Positions 1 through 7,239 are shown, numbered from the stretch's first letter. The stretch is DNA of 15,955 bases from Candidatus Micrarchaeota archaeon (GCA_964625085.1 CAZVAJ010000015.1:1-15955); one strand, 5' to 3'. A program made the numbers and translations. Notes: generated by a model from the letters alone, not told the origin.

Positions 1-3
1 ATT

Positions 4-807
4 CTAGGCGCAGAAGGTAACCTTTTTCTCTTCCCTTTTTCTTCTGATTTCCTCGTTTAGTTCTACTGGTTCTGCCTGTTCCCAGATCATTTCATAGTAT
101 CCCTGAAGTTCCTGCACTGTTGAAGGCTCTGTTATGTCTATTCCTCCAACTGTTCTTCCTGCTGGGTCGCAGAGACTCATGACTGCTTTGTTCTCAGAAA
201 TAATCAATGAGCCTGTTTCAGCAGATGTTTTCCGGGCACCACATTTTACGAGTGCTACAAGCGATTCCAGGCTTGTGTCCGGTGATGGTGTGCGCCAGCC
301 CAGAATAACTCTTGTGTTTTTTCCTTCAACTGCCCTCCGGTAAACCTTTCTTAGCACGTATGGTTTTGCCAGTTCCTGCAGTGTGTCCTTTTCAGAAAGC
401 AATAGGAACACGTTCTTACTTTTCCCGGCTTCTGAGTGAATTCTTTTCTTTAGTTCCCCTTTTCCCCAAAACACAGACACCTTGCCTAACTTTTCTGGTT
501 TTCCTTCTCTTTCTTCCAGAACGCGCAGGATTTTTTCTTGTTCTCTTGCTTTTTCTTCAACCAATTTTTTCTTCAGTTCCGTGATGTTTATGCACGTGTA
601 CTTTTTAGGCCTTTCAAAACCAGATTCCAGGATTCCTCTGTTCTCAAGCGCCTTTAGTACAGAATACACTTTGGTTACAGGTATGCCTGCTCTGCCCGCG
701 ATTTCGGTTGCGGTTGATTCTTCAGACCCTAAGCAGGCTGAAATGGCTTTGGACTCATAGAGAGTGAACCCCACACCTTGCAGTGATTCTACAAGGTTCA
801 AGTTCAT
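4..807 (-). CDS. TrmB-family transcriptional regulator (N-terminal wHTH plus C-terminal effector-binding domain)
   Basis: N-terminus GFTLYESKAISACL..ATEIAGRAGIPVTKVYSVLKALENRGIL..RPKKY matches the TrmB wHTH pattern. Start placed at ATG 807 (MNLNL) after a G-rich stretch, rather than the ORF-track start at 852. Confidence 0.85.
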   Translation of the reverse strand: MNLNLVESLQGVGFTLYESKAISACLGSEESTATEIAGRAGIPVTKVYSVLKALENRGILESGFERPKKYTCINITELKKKLVEEKAREQEKILRVLEEREGKPEKLGKVSVFWGKGELKKRIHSEAGKSKNVFLLLSEKDTLQELAKPYVLRKVYRRAVEGKNTRVILGWRTPSPDTSLESLVALVKCGARKTSAETGSLIISENKAVMSLCDPAGRTVGGIDITEPSTVQELQGYYEMIWEQAEPVELNEEIRRKREEKKVTFCA

Positions 808-974
808 CCCCCCTTGAAGCTTTTTTCTCTCCAGACAATATACCGCAGGCATTGTTTAAAATAATTTTGCAACAGGAATAAACTGGGAAAAGGTTTTATC
901 CTGCACTGGTTAAATATAGTTTGTCACGCTAATGACCGTAAAAACCGTTTTCTCCGTCTTTTGTCGTGAGTAGT

Positions 975-982
975 TTTTTATA
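975..982 (+). promoter_or_regulatory. Putative archaeal TATA box for the smORF/phosphotransferase transcript
   Basis: TTTTTATA in an AT-rich intergenic region, implying a start near 1005, just upstream of the SD-like AGGATGTGA (1011-1019). Confidence 0.45.
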
Positions 983-1023
983 TTGTTTTTAGAGTAATCA
1001 CCTTGTAAAAAGGATGTGAAAAA

Positions 1024-1047
1024 ATGATACCAGATTTTTGGCCTTGA
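1024..1047 (+). CDS. Candidate 7-aa small ORF or leader peptide MIPDFWP
   Basis: ATG ATA CCA GAT TTT TGG CCT TGA, preceded by GGATGTGA (one mismatch to GGAGGTGA) with 4-nt spacing, comparable to the 5-nt spacing at lysS and trm56. Confidence 0.35.
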   Translation: MIPDFWP

Positions 1048-1072
1048 ATAAAATTGAATGAAAAAACCATTC

Positions 1073-1103
1073 GGAGGGCGAGAGCCCTCCAAGATGTCTT
1101 TTT
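1073..1103 (+). terminator. GNRA-capped hairpin followed by a T tract (terminator, attenuator or stabiliser)
   Basis: GGAGGGC-GAGA-GCCCTCC is a perfect 7-bp stem (1073-1090), extendable by CAT/ATG and A5/T5, with TTTTT at 1099-1103. Confidence 0.55.
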
Positions 1104-1121
1104 AACAAAAAAGGGAATAAG

Positions 1122-2045
1122 ATGAACACATTAAAGTTAGCGGAAACTGATCTAAAGTCAAAGTTTGTGCTCACTAACCAATACTTTGTTGAAGGGATTT
1201 TTTCTACGGCTAAGAATTTTGACCTTGCTGATCCACGGCCTTTTGGCATAGGGCCACAGGGCCTGCTTGTTTCAGACAACCTCACGCGATTCTTCACGGA
1301 GTCAGGAGAGTGGGTTGAGAAAAAGTTCGCAGAATTTTGCCCGCGCTTGTTCCTCAGCATGTGGAGAGAGATGGCACGTTTTAACAGAACAAGCTTCAAG
1401 GACGTTGAAGACTTTCTGAAAAGATACCAGCAGCATGAGCAGAACGTTGCGCTAATGCACGTTCTTGACTGGGCAGGCTTGAGTGTTGCAAGAAAACACG
1501 GGTTTTTCGGGCTGCAAGAACATGAGTTCCTGCTCGCCTGTAATCCTCCTGTCTCACTATTGTCGCAGGATAGGGTCAGAGCAGGTAGAATGCTGGAAAA
1601 AGGAGTATCAGACCATCTCCTGCTCAGAATGTTCGGCTGGCAGTACCCTGATTCTATACTATCCGGAAACGCTGACAGCATAAAGGAATCTGTGCTTGAC
1701 CCTGAGACAATAACAGAAAACATGAAAAGTAACGAAGAATTTTTTGATTTGCTTTCTCTTACAGACACTGCAAGGAACTTTATCCTGAACCTGCAAATGA
1801 TCAGATACATTGACTCAGGATACCACAAGCACGCGCTGACAGGAAGGGCATATTCTACCAGAATAAGAGAAAGCATAGGGAAAAGTATAGGGATAGACAA
1901 GAATGATGTTCTTTACCTTACTTCTGAAGAAATAGTTAGGGGCGTGAAACCTGCTGATCTTGAGCAGAGGAAAGAAGGAAAGTATTTTATTATCTTCCGG
2001 AAGAATGAACCCTTGCCTGTTGTTGAACATGGTGAGGTGTTGTAA
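1122..2045 (+). CDS. Hypothetical protein resembling the central (substrate-binding) domain of rifampin-phosphotransferase/PEP-synthase-like enzymes
   Basis: 307-aa ORF. The C-terminal IGIDKNDVLYLTSEEI...LEQRK resembles the D(I/V)FYLTxxE(L/I)...QRK segment that precedes the His-swivel domain in RPH-like proteins. Its stop overlaps the next start (TAATG). Confidence 0.55.
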   Translation: MNTLKLAETDLKSKFVLTNQYFVEGIFSTAKNFDLADPRPFGIGPQGLLVSDNLTRFFTESGEWVEKKFAEFCPRLFLSMWREMARFNRTSFKDVEDFLKRYQQHEQNVALMHVLDWAGLSVARKHGFFGLQEHEFLLACNPPVSLLSQDRVRAGRMLEKGVSDHLLLRMFGWQYPDSILSGNADSIKESVLDPETITENMKSNEEFFDLLSLTDTARNFILNLQMIRYIDSGYHKHALTGRAYSTRIRESIGKSIGIDKNDVLYLTSEEIVRGVKPADLEQRKEGKYFIIFRKNEPLPVVEHGEVL

Positions 2046-2335
2046 TGAGAAAAGTCTTTTCAGGGAAAATCGCCTGCCCAGGCCTGGCTTCTGGTAGAAT
2101 AGTATTGTCTCCTTCTGAACCGGGCGTGCTTGTCCTGGGAAAAGCGTACTCAAACCTTGTCCTGAACCCACGGGTTACAAAAGGAATTATCCTGACGCAA
2201 GGAGGGCTCCTGTCACATCCTGCGGTTCTGGCAAGAGAGTTCAGGATCCCTTGCATTTTCTGCCCTGACTTTGACCTGAAAGAAGGAAAAGTGGAACTGG
2301 ACGCGGTAAAAGGAGAAATAAGAATAATGGAATAA
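2045..2335 (+). CDS. Stand-alone PEP-utilising enzyme mobile (phospho-histidine swivel) domain
   Basis: GKIACPGLASGRI...GIILTQGGLLSHPAVLAREFRIPC...VELDAVKGEI is the PEP-utilisers mobile domain signature with the catalytic His. It has its own SD, GGTGAGGTG (2031-2039). Confidence 0.9.
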   Translation: MRKVFSGKIACPGLASGRIVLSPSEPGVLVLGKAYSNLVLNPRVTKGIILTQGGLLSHPAVLAREFRIPCIFCPDFDLKEGKVELDAVKGEIRIME

Positions 2336-2340
2336 TGGTT

Positions 2341-3363
2341 TCATTTTTTGCGCTTTACCACGTAAGTTATGCTGTCTCTAGCGGTTTCCTTGATCGGAGA
2401 CTCTGGAATGTTCTTGGTGTTCCTCTCGAACGCTTCAAGCGCTTCTTGCATGAACTCGTTCATCTTTTGTTCAGCATGCGCGACGCTCCCGTATTCTACG
2501 AACTTCTCAGCCACCCATTCGACCTCTTCATCTGTTTTGTCTTCTCTTCTTTTCGCGTATACTGCTTTTAGTCTTTCAAGCTCGTTCGGGCGGGCGTTCT
2601 GAACAGCATGCCAGAGTATCAGGGTTTTGACCCCTTCGCGTATATCGTTCCTTACGCTTTTTCCGAAGGTTTCAGGGTCTGAAGTGATGTCAAGAATGTC
2701 ATCCTTCATCTGGAACGCGCGTCCCACAGGCCTTCCGTACTCCACTATCCTTTCAACTGTTTCAGGATCAGCTCCCGCGATTATTGCCCCCATCTGCATC
2801 GGCCCGTAAACAGAATAGTACGCGCTCTTGGCTTCTATTGACTTGTAGTAGTCTTCTGGAGTGAACTTTGTGATGTCCTTGCTCTCGGTGAGCTTCATGT
2901 CAATGTACTGTCCTTCCATTGTCACGAGCAGCATGTCATAAAACTTATCAAGCCATCTTTTCCGTGTTTCTGGGTCGAACTGGTCAGCGGCGTTGAAAGC
3001 TATTTTCCATTGTATCATGTGAAGCGCGTCTCCAGCGTTGATCGCGTACTCTGATCCGTACAACACGTGTGCGCTGGGCTTGCCTCTTCTCAGGTCAGCT
3101 TGGTCATACCAGTCATCATGCATGAGTATCCAGTCTTCAGAGGACTGCATTGCCGCTGCAGGCAGGATTGCTTTTTCAGGGTCTCCTCCGTACAACTCGG
3201 TCCACAAGAGCAGGTACGCAGGCCTCTTGTACTTTCCCCTTCTGTCCACGTAGTCCCTGACCATCTTGTAGTGCTCTTTTGGTTCCCGGTCAGGAAGGTG
3301 CTCGCAGATCTTGTTGTACACTTTGTCAGCGTGTTCAGCAGCGTATTCTACAAACTTCATCAT
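2341..3363 (-). CDS. Trans-polyprenyl diphosphate synthase, probably short-chain (GGPP/FPP)
   Basis: GKYKRP, FARM WILMHDDWYDQADLRRGKP, AINAGDAL, EGQYID and SARM FQMKDDILD. A bulky Trp sits at -5 to the FARM. SD GGAGGGT. Confidence 0.92.
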   Translation of the reverse strand: MMKFVEYAAEHADKVYNKICEHLPDREPKEHYKMVRDYVDRRGKYKRPAYLLLWTELYGGDPEKAILPAAAMQSSEDWILMHDDWYDQADLRRGKPSAHVLYGSEYAINAGDALHMIQWKIAFNAADQFDPETRKRWLDKFYDMLLVTMEGQYIDMKLTESKDITKFTPEDYYKSIEAKSAYYSVYGPMQMGAIIAGADPETVERIVEYGRPVGRAFQMKDDILDITSDPETFGKSVRNDIREGVKTLILWHAVQNARPNELERLKAVYAKRREDKTDEEVEWVAEKFVEYGSVAHAEQKMNEFMQEALEAFERNTKNIPESPIKETARDSITYVVKRKK

Positions 3364-3377
3364 TTACCCTCCTTTTT

Positions 3378-4463
3378 TCACACATCCCGTTCTATCAAGA
3401 ACTGGGCGAAAGCATGAAGCATTTCTTTTGCTTCGCTTTCAGGAATGTCATCCTTTATCCCGTTCCATGCGCTTGACATGATTTCTCTTGCTTTTTGTTT
3501 AGCGTAATCTACACTTTCGTATTTTTTAATGATCTCGATTGCTTCCCTGATCTTTTCTTTGTTTTTTGTGTGTTCGTCCAGGATCTCAACCAGTCTCTGT
3601 TTATCCTCTTGGTTTGCCACTTGCAGCGTGTGTATTACCATCAGGCTACGCTTCCCTTCGGTTATGTCAGATCCAATGTACTCTTCAGTAAACTGTCCTT
3701 TCCCGCTGGTGGCAGTCAAGTTAAGTATGTCATCTTGTATCTGGAATGCCACTCCAACTGCTTCAGCATACCTTCCTGCCTTTTCCACGATATCATCACT
3801 TGCTCCTGCGAGTATCGCGGCAAGCTTGGCGCTCATTCTTGCGAGCGTGCCTGTCTTGAATGCACACATCTGTAGGTAGTGGGCCTCTGTAACGTGTTCT
3901 GAGTTCTTGCTCCCTTTGTGCCAGTACAGGTCCATTGCCTGACCCATGCTGATGTTTATCATCTCTTGAGCATACGTGTTGTAGATCTTTAGTTTTGTTT
4001 TTTCGTCCAGGTACTCTGCATCCTTTAAAAGCACTGACAAGGGCAGGAAGTACATGGTGTTACCAAAGTTTATGGCAACATCTTCTCCGAACAAAATGTG
4101 TGCTGCGGGCCTTCCTCTGCGCAGGTCGCTTTTGTCCTCTATATCATCTATGACTATCGTGCCGTTGTGCACGAGTTCAGGGATTACCACGAAGTCTTTC
4201 ACTTTTTCAGGGTCTCCTCCCAGAGCTTCCACGAGCATTAAGAACAGAGCAGGCCTCCATCTTTTCCCACCCCTGTCAAGAAAGTCCCACATGGGCTTGG
4301 CTATCGTTTCATTGATTGCTTTCAGGTCATACTCGTATTCTGGTTTCCCGCACACGAACTCCATGCATTCTTCATCATATTCTCTTGGAGCGTATTTTTC
4401 GAGCATCTTGTCAATCTCTGGCTTTTTTGATTTAAGCACACTTATTATGTCTTCAGGATTCAT
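3378..4463 (-). CDS. Trans-polyprenyl diphosphate synthase, type III GGPPS-like motifs, possibly longer-chain
   Basis: GGKRWRP, FARM HNGTIVIDDIEDKSDLRRG, GQAMDLYW, KTGTL and SARM FQIQDDILN. Start at ATG 4463 (MNPED) behind SD GAGGTG (4471-4476). Confidence 0.93.
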   Translation of the reverse strand: MNPEDIISVLKSKKPEIDKMLEKYAPREYDEECMEFVCGKPEYEYDLKAINETIAKPMWDFLDRGGKRWRPALFLMLVEALGGDPEKVKDFVVIPELVHNGTIVIDDIEDKSDLRRGRPAAHILFGEDVAINFGNTMYFLPLSVLLKDAEYLDEKTKLKIYNTYAQEMINISMGQAMDLYWHKGSKNSEHVTEAHYLQMCAFKTGTLARMSAKLAAILAGASDDIVEKAGRYAEAVGVAFQIQDDILNLTATSGKGQFTEEYIGSDITEGKRSLMVIHTLQVANQEDKQRLVEILDEHTKNKEKIREAIEIIKKYESVDYAKQKAREIMSSAWNGIKDDIPESEAKEMLHAFAQFLIERDV

Positions 4464-4499
4464 CTGGTAACACCTCTTTAACATAGTCTCTGCGCAGAG

Positions 4500-4507
4500 T
4501 ATAAAAA
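4500..4507 (-). promoter_or_regulatory. Putative TATA box for the prenyl synthase pair
   Basis: TTTTTATA on the minus strand between the lysS stop and the SD of the 4463 gene. Confidence 0.5.
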
Positions 4508-4533
4508 GCTTGTCACGGCAAGCAACGATTTTT

Positions 4534-6069
4534 TCATGCTTTTCTTTTTAGTCTTGCAGAAGCGAAGGCTGGGTCCAGGCTTGCCAGGAACGGCCCAAGC
4601 CTTGGGCCCCTGTCCCTCCCGAGCAGGAGCATGTACGCGTTCCTGAAGACCTCTCTCACACTAGCCCCCTCTTCTTCAGAATACTCTCTTATCTTTTCTT
4701 GTATCAGCGTTCCGTCAACCCCTTTCTCTACCATTCCCGCGATTTTCTCCAGCACTTTTGCTTCTTTCTCGGGCACGCTCACGCTCGGCATTTTTTCAAG
4801 GACCTGGAACCTGAACTGTTCTGGCGCAAGCTCGTTCACCCAAGCCCATGCTTTCCCAAGCCGTTCTCTTGCTCTTTTTTTGTCCTCCTCCGAGGCATTC
4901 TTAAGATGACCTGTTCTTCCTTCCAAGATGTTTATTGCCTTGTCCGTGTCCCCCAGCGTTATCTGGATCATGTTAACGCATACAGAAAAGGGCACTCTCA
5001 CTGGCTTCTCTTTCGGCCTGCCTATCACAGCAAGAGAATACCTTCTTTTCTCGTTATCATCTCCTTCACCTGAAAAGAATGCATTTTCTGCCTCGTCAAA
5101 ATAGTTGTACGCGTTCAGTATGTCTTGGTCCAAGGGCACTTCAAGGGCTTTGTTTATCTTCATCGTGTACAAGTACCTGAGCACGCTTGGTTCAAAGTAT
5201 TTTAGGAGTTCTGATACAGACACAACGTTTCCTTTACTGGAGCTCATCTTTTCCTTCACGCCTTTCAGGTAGATGAACTCGTACATTGGCCCCAGAGGAG
5301 GATCTTGCCCGAATACTTCTCTTGCTATCCTTTTTCCAGTGTCCCAGCTTCCTCCAGCAGCCTGGTGATCTTTTCCGCTTGATTCGAAGTCAACATCATA
5401 GTACGCCCATCTCATGGGCCAGTCAACACGCCATTTTAGTTTCACTATTCCCTTTTTCCTGAAGTCAAACTCTTCTGAGTAACCGCACTTACACTCGTAC
5501 TTTATAGTAAACTCTCCAAGATACTCTTGGTCATGCACTTCTTTCCCGCACTTAGCGCAGTAGATCACGGTCGGCATCCAGTTTTCAGGATGCGGTTCTG
5601 ACCTGTACTTGTTTAAGATTTCTATGATCTGTTTCCTTTTTTCAAGCGCTGCCCGCACGTTCTCAGAATACCTGCATGCTTTGTACTCTTCTGTCATGCG
5701 CACCACGCTGGTGATCACGCCCATTTTCTCAAGCTCCTGCATGAGCGCTTCTTCATAGTGTTCTGCGTAGGAAGGGTGGCAGCCCCAAGGATCAGGAACA
5801 CTGGAGAGAGGCATTCCAAGGTACTCTGAGTACTTTTCCGGGATTCCTTTTGGAACTTTTCGGAATCGGTCGTAGTCATCGAACACGAACTGATGAACAG
5901 CATTAACTCCTTTTTCTATCAGGGCCCTGTACACAAGGTCCTGTGTCATTATTTCCCTGAAGTTCCCAGCATGCACTATCCCAGAAGGGCTTATGCCAGA
6001 TTCTACCACGTACTTTTCCTTTTGTTTCTTTCTAATTATCTGTTCAGCGTACTTGTCTGCCCAGTGCAT
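4534..6069 (-). CDS. lysS: Lysine--tRNA ligase, class I
   Basis: MHWAD start, SGISPSGIVHAGNFRE (HIGH-like), DDYDRFRKVP, Zn-binding CAKCG/CKCG, KLKWRVDWPMRW, GKDH, KMSSSKGN and C-terminal GPRLGPFL. SD AGGTGA. Confidence 0.98.
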   Translation of the reverse strand: MHWADKYAEQIIRKKQKEKYVVESGISPSGIVHAGNFREIMTQDLVYRALIEKGVNAVHQFVFDDYDRFRKVPKGIPEKYSEYLGMPLSSVPDPWGCHPSYAEHYEEALMQELEKMGVITSVVRMTEEYKACRYSENVRAALEKRKQIIEILNKYRSEPHPENWMPTVIYCAKCGKEVHDQEYLGEFTIKYECKCGYSEEFDFRKKGIVKLKWRVDWPMRWAYYDVDFESSGKDHQAAGGSWDTGKRIAREVFGQDPPLGPMYEFIYLKGVKEKMSSSKGNVVSVSELLKYFEPSVLRYLYTMKINKALEVPLDQDILNAYNYFDEAENAFFSGEGDDNEKRRYSLAVIGRPKEKPVRVPFSVCVNMIQITLGDTDKAINILEGRTGHLKNASEEDKKRARERLGKAWAWVNELAPEQFRFQVLEKMPSVSVPEKEAKVLEKIAGMVEKGVDGTLIQEKIREYSEEEGASVREVFRNAYMLLLGRDRGPRLGPFLASLDPAFASARLKRKA

Positions 6070-6074
6070 TTATT

Positions 6075-6428
6075 TCACCTTTTTTTGAGCGTGGCTTCAA
6101 GGTGGCCTATTTTTTTTCTTAAATCGCTGTTCAAGGCGGACAGCATGTCCAGCTTTTGGCCGTCAGTGAGACCTTCTTTTTCTCCTATTTTTTTCATGCT
6201 TTTTTGAATGCGCGTTATCTCTTCAAGAAGCCTTTCTTGTTCGTCTGTAAGCTTTCGCTTGCTCATGATGTTCTCTAGAGCAATCCTAAGCCTGGCTTCG
6301 GTTTCTCCAAGGGCTTCTTCAACCGGCTTTTTCCAGACGACCTCGTAAAACTCATCAACCTTTTGACTAATCCTGTCTTTTTCTTTAGTCTTGGATGATT
6401 TTAGCACCCTGAGCTTTCTTTTTGGCAT
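6075..6428 (-). CDS. Hypothetical charged helical protein
   Basis: K/E-rich ORF that fills the gap between the tRNA and lysS. Its last codons contain the lysS SD. ATG 6428 is preferred over TTG 6443. Confidence 0.7.
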   Translation of the reverse strand: MPKRKLRVLKSSKTKEKDRISQKVDEFYEVVWKKPVEEALGETEARLRIALENIMSKRKLTDEQERLLEEITRIQKSMKKIGEKEGLTDGQKLDMLSALNSDLRKKIGHLEATLKKR

Positions 6429-6475
6429 ATGAGCATTACTCAAAACAAGTTAAAAAACTGGCGGGCCCAGGGGGA

Positions 6476-6554
6476 GTGCCGGAACCCTTTCCTTTTTTAA
6501 AAGGCGCTTGCGGTTCTTTTCCGCGAACGCTTTTCTTTTCAAGAAAAGGGTTCT
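6476..6554 (-). other. 79-nt tRNA intron in the T-loop (position 59/60)
   Basis: BHB with outer helix GGGGG/CCCCC, central helix UUCG/CGGC (one U-C mismatch), bulges AAA and ACU, and intron helix GAACCCUUU/AAAGGGUUC. Cleavage restores UUCGAAU. Confidence 0.88.
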
Positions 6555-6597
6555 TTCGAACCCCCGACACCCAGGTTAAGAGCCTGGTGCTCTGCCA

Positions 6598-6632
6598 CTT
6601 CAGCCGCTTCCTCCGCAGTGCGGTGGAAGGGA
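6598..6632 (-). other. 35-nt tRNA intron in the D-loop (about position 17/17a)
   Basis: BHB with central helix UCAG/CUGA and 3-nt bulges UCU and AGU, plus intron stem CC/GG, CUUCC/GGAAG and CCGC/GCGG. Cleavage after the second base of each bulge restores the D-loop exactly. Confidence 0.88.
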
Positions 6633-6660
6633 GACTGAGCTATGGGCCCACCGTGAAGTC

Positions 6661-6685
6661 TTTTTTAACACGCACGTTTAAAAAG
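6661..6685. promoter_or_regulatory. Divergent promoter region for tRNA-Lys and trm56
   Basis: TTTTTTAA (6661-6668) and TTTAAAAA (6678-6685) lie within a 55-bp gap between the divergent genes. Confidence 0.5.
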
Positions 6686-6704
6686 CTTGTTGGAAGTGAT
6701 CAGG

Positions 6705-7217
6705 ATGACAAGAATTATTGTACTGCGGCTGGGGCACCGGAGAGAACGTGACAAGAGAATATCAACCCATGTTGGGCTTGTTGCAAGGGCCTTTGGGGCA
6801 GATGAGATAGTGTATTCTGGAGAACATGATCAGAAGCTGTTGGACAGTGTTAATAAGGTTGCGTTAGAGTGGGGCGGGAGTTTTAAAGCGTCTTATGACC
6901 CTGACTGGCGGAAAAGGATCAAGGAATTCAAAGGAACGAAGGTGCACCTGACCATGTACGGGATCCCATTCCAACAGAAGATAAAAGAGCTCAAAACTTC
7001 TGAGAGCTTGCTGGTTATTGTTGGGGGGGAAAAGGTGCCGTCAGAAGTATACGAGCTCGCGGACTATAATCTTGCAGTAACGAACCAGCCGCATTCCGAA
7101 GTGGCCGCGTTAGGCGTTTTTTTGCACGAGTACGGGAACATGAAACAGTTTACTGGGGCCAGAAAGAAAGTTGTTCCTTCAGCGCGCGGTAAAAAGATTG
7201 TTGAGAAAAAGCATTAA
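6705..7217 (+). CDS. trm56: tRNA (cytidine(56)-2'-O)-methyltransferase aTrm56 (SPOUT)
   Basis: VLRLGHRRERDKRISTHVGLVARAFGA, VHLTMYG, VGGEKVP and NLAVTNQPHSEVAAL. SD GGAAGTGAT before ATG 6705. Confidence 0.97.
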   Translation: MTRIIVLRLGHRRERDKRISTHVGLVARAFGADEIVYSGEHDQKLLDSVNKVALEWGGSFKASYDPDWRKRIKEFKGTKVHLTMYGIPFQQKIKELKTSESLLVIVGGEKVPSEVYELADYNLAVTNQPHSEVAALGVFLHEYGNMKQFTGARKKVVPSARGKKIVEKKH

Positions 7218-7239
7218 ATACCTTTTTGTCGGAAAAGGT

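Larger units (their letters stand above)
6459..6649 (-). tRNA. tRNA-Lys (anticodon CUU) with two introns and encoded CCA
   Basis: Removing 6598-6632 and 6476-6554 gives a canonical 77-nt cloverleaf: GGGCCCA TA GCTC AGTCTGGCA GAGC A CCAGG CTCTTAA CCTGG GTGTC GGGGG TTCGAAT CCCCC TGGGCCC G CCA. A T6 tract follows. Confidence 0.95.

Noticed and set aside
1058..1105. Second short ORF MKKPFGGREPSKMSF running through the hairpin
   Set aside because: It has no SD, and its codons are explained by the hairpin sequence. It would matter only if ribosome profiling supported it.
998..1900. 300-aa minus-strand ORF
   Set aside because: It is an antisense shadow of 1122-2045, Ser/Leu/Phe-rich with no motif. 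The plus-strand gene has operon coupling.
1024..4463. Idea that the prenyl synthases prenylate the Trp of MIPDFWP, as ComQ does for ComX
   Set aside because: Both enzymes keep intact FARM and SARM motifs of chain-elongating synthases and lie in a separate convergent unit, so proximity is the only support.
6422..6751. 109-aa plus-strand ORF
   Set aside because: It lies antisense to the intron-containing tRNA and overlaps the flanking genes, so it is spurious.
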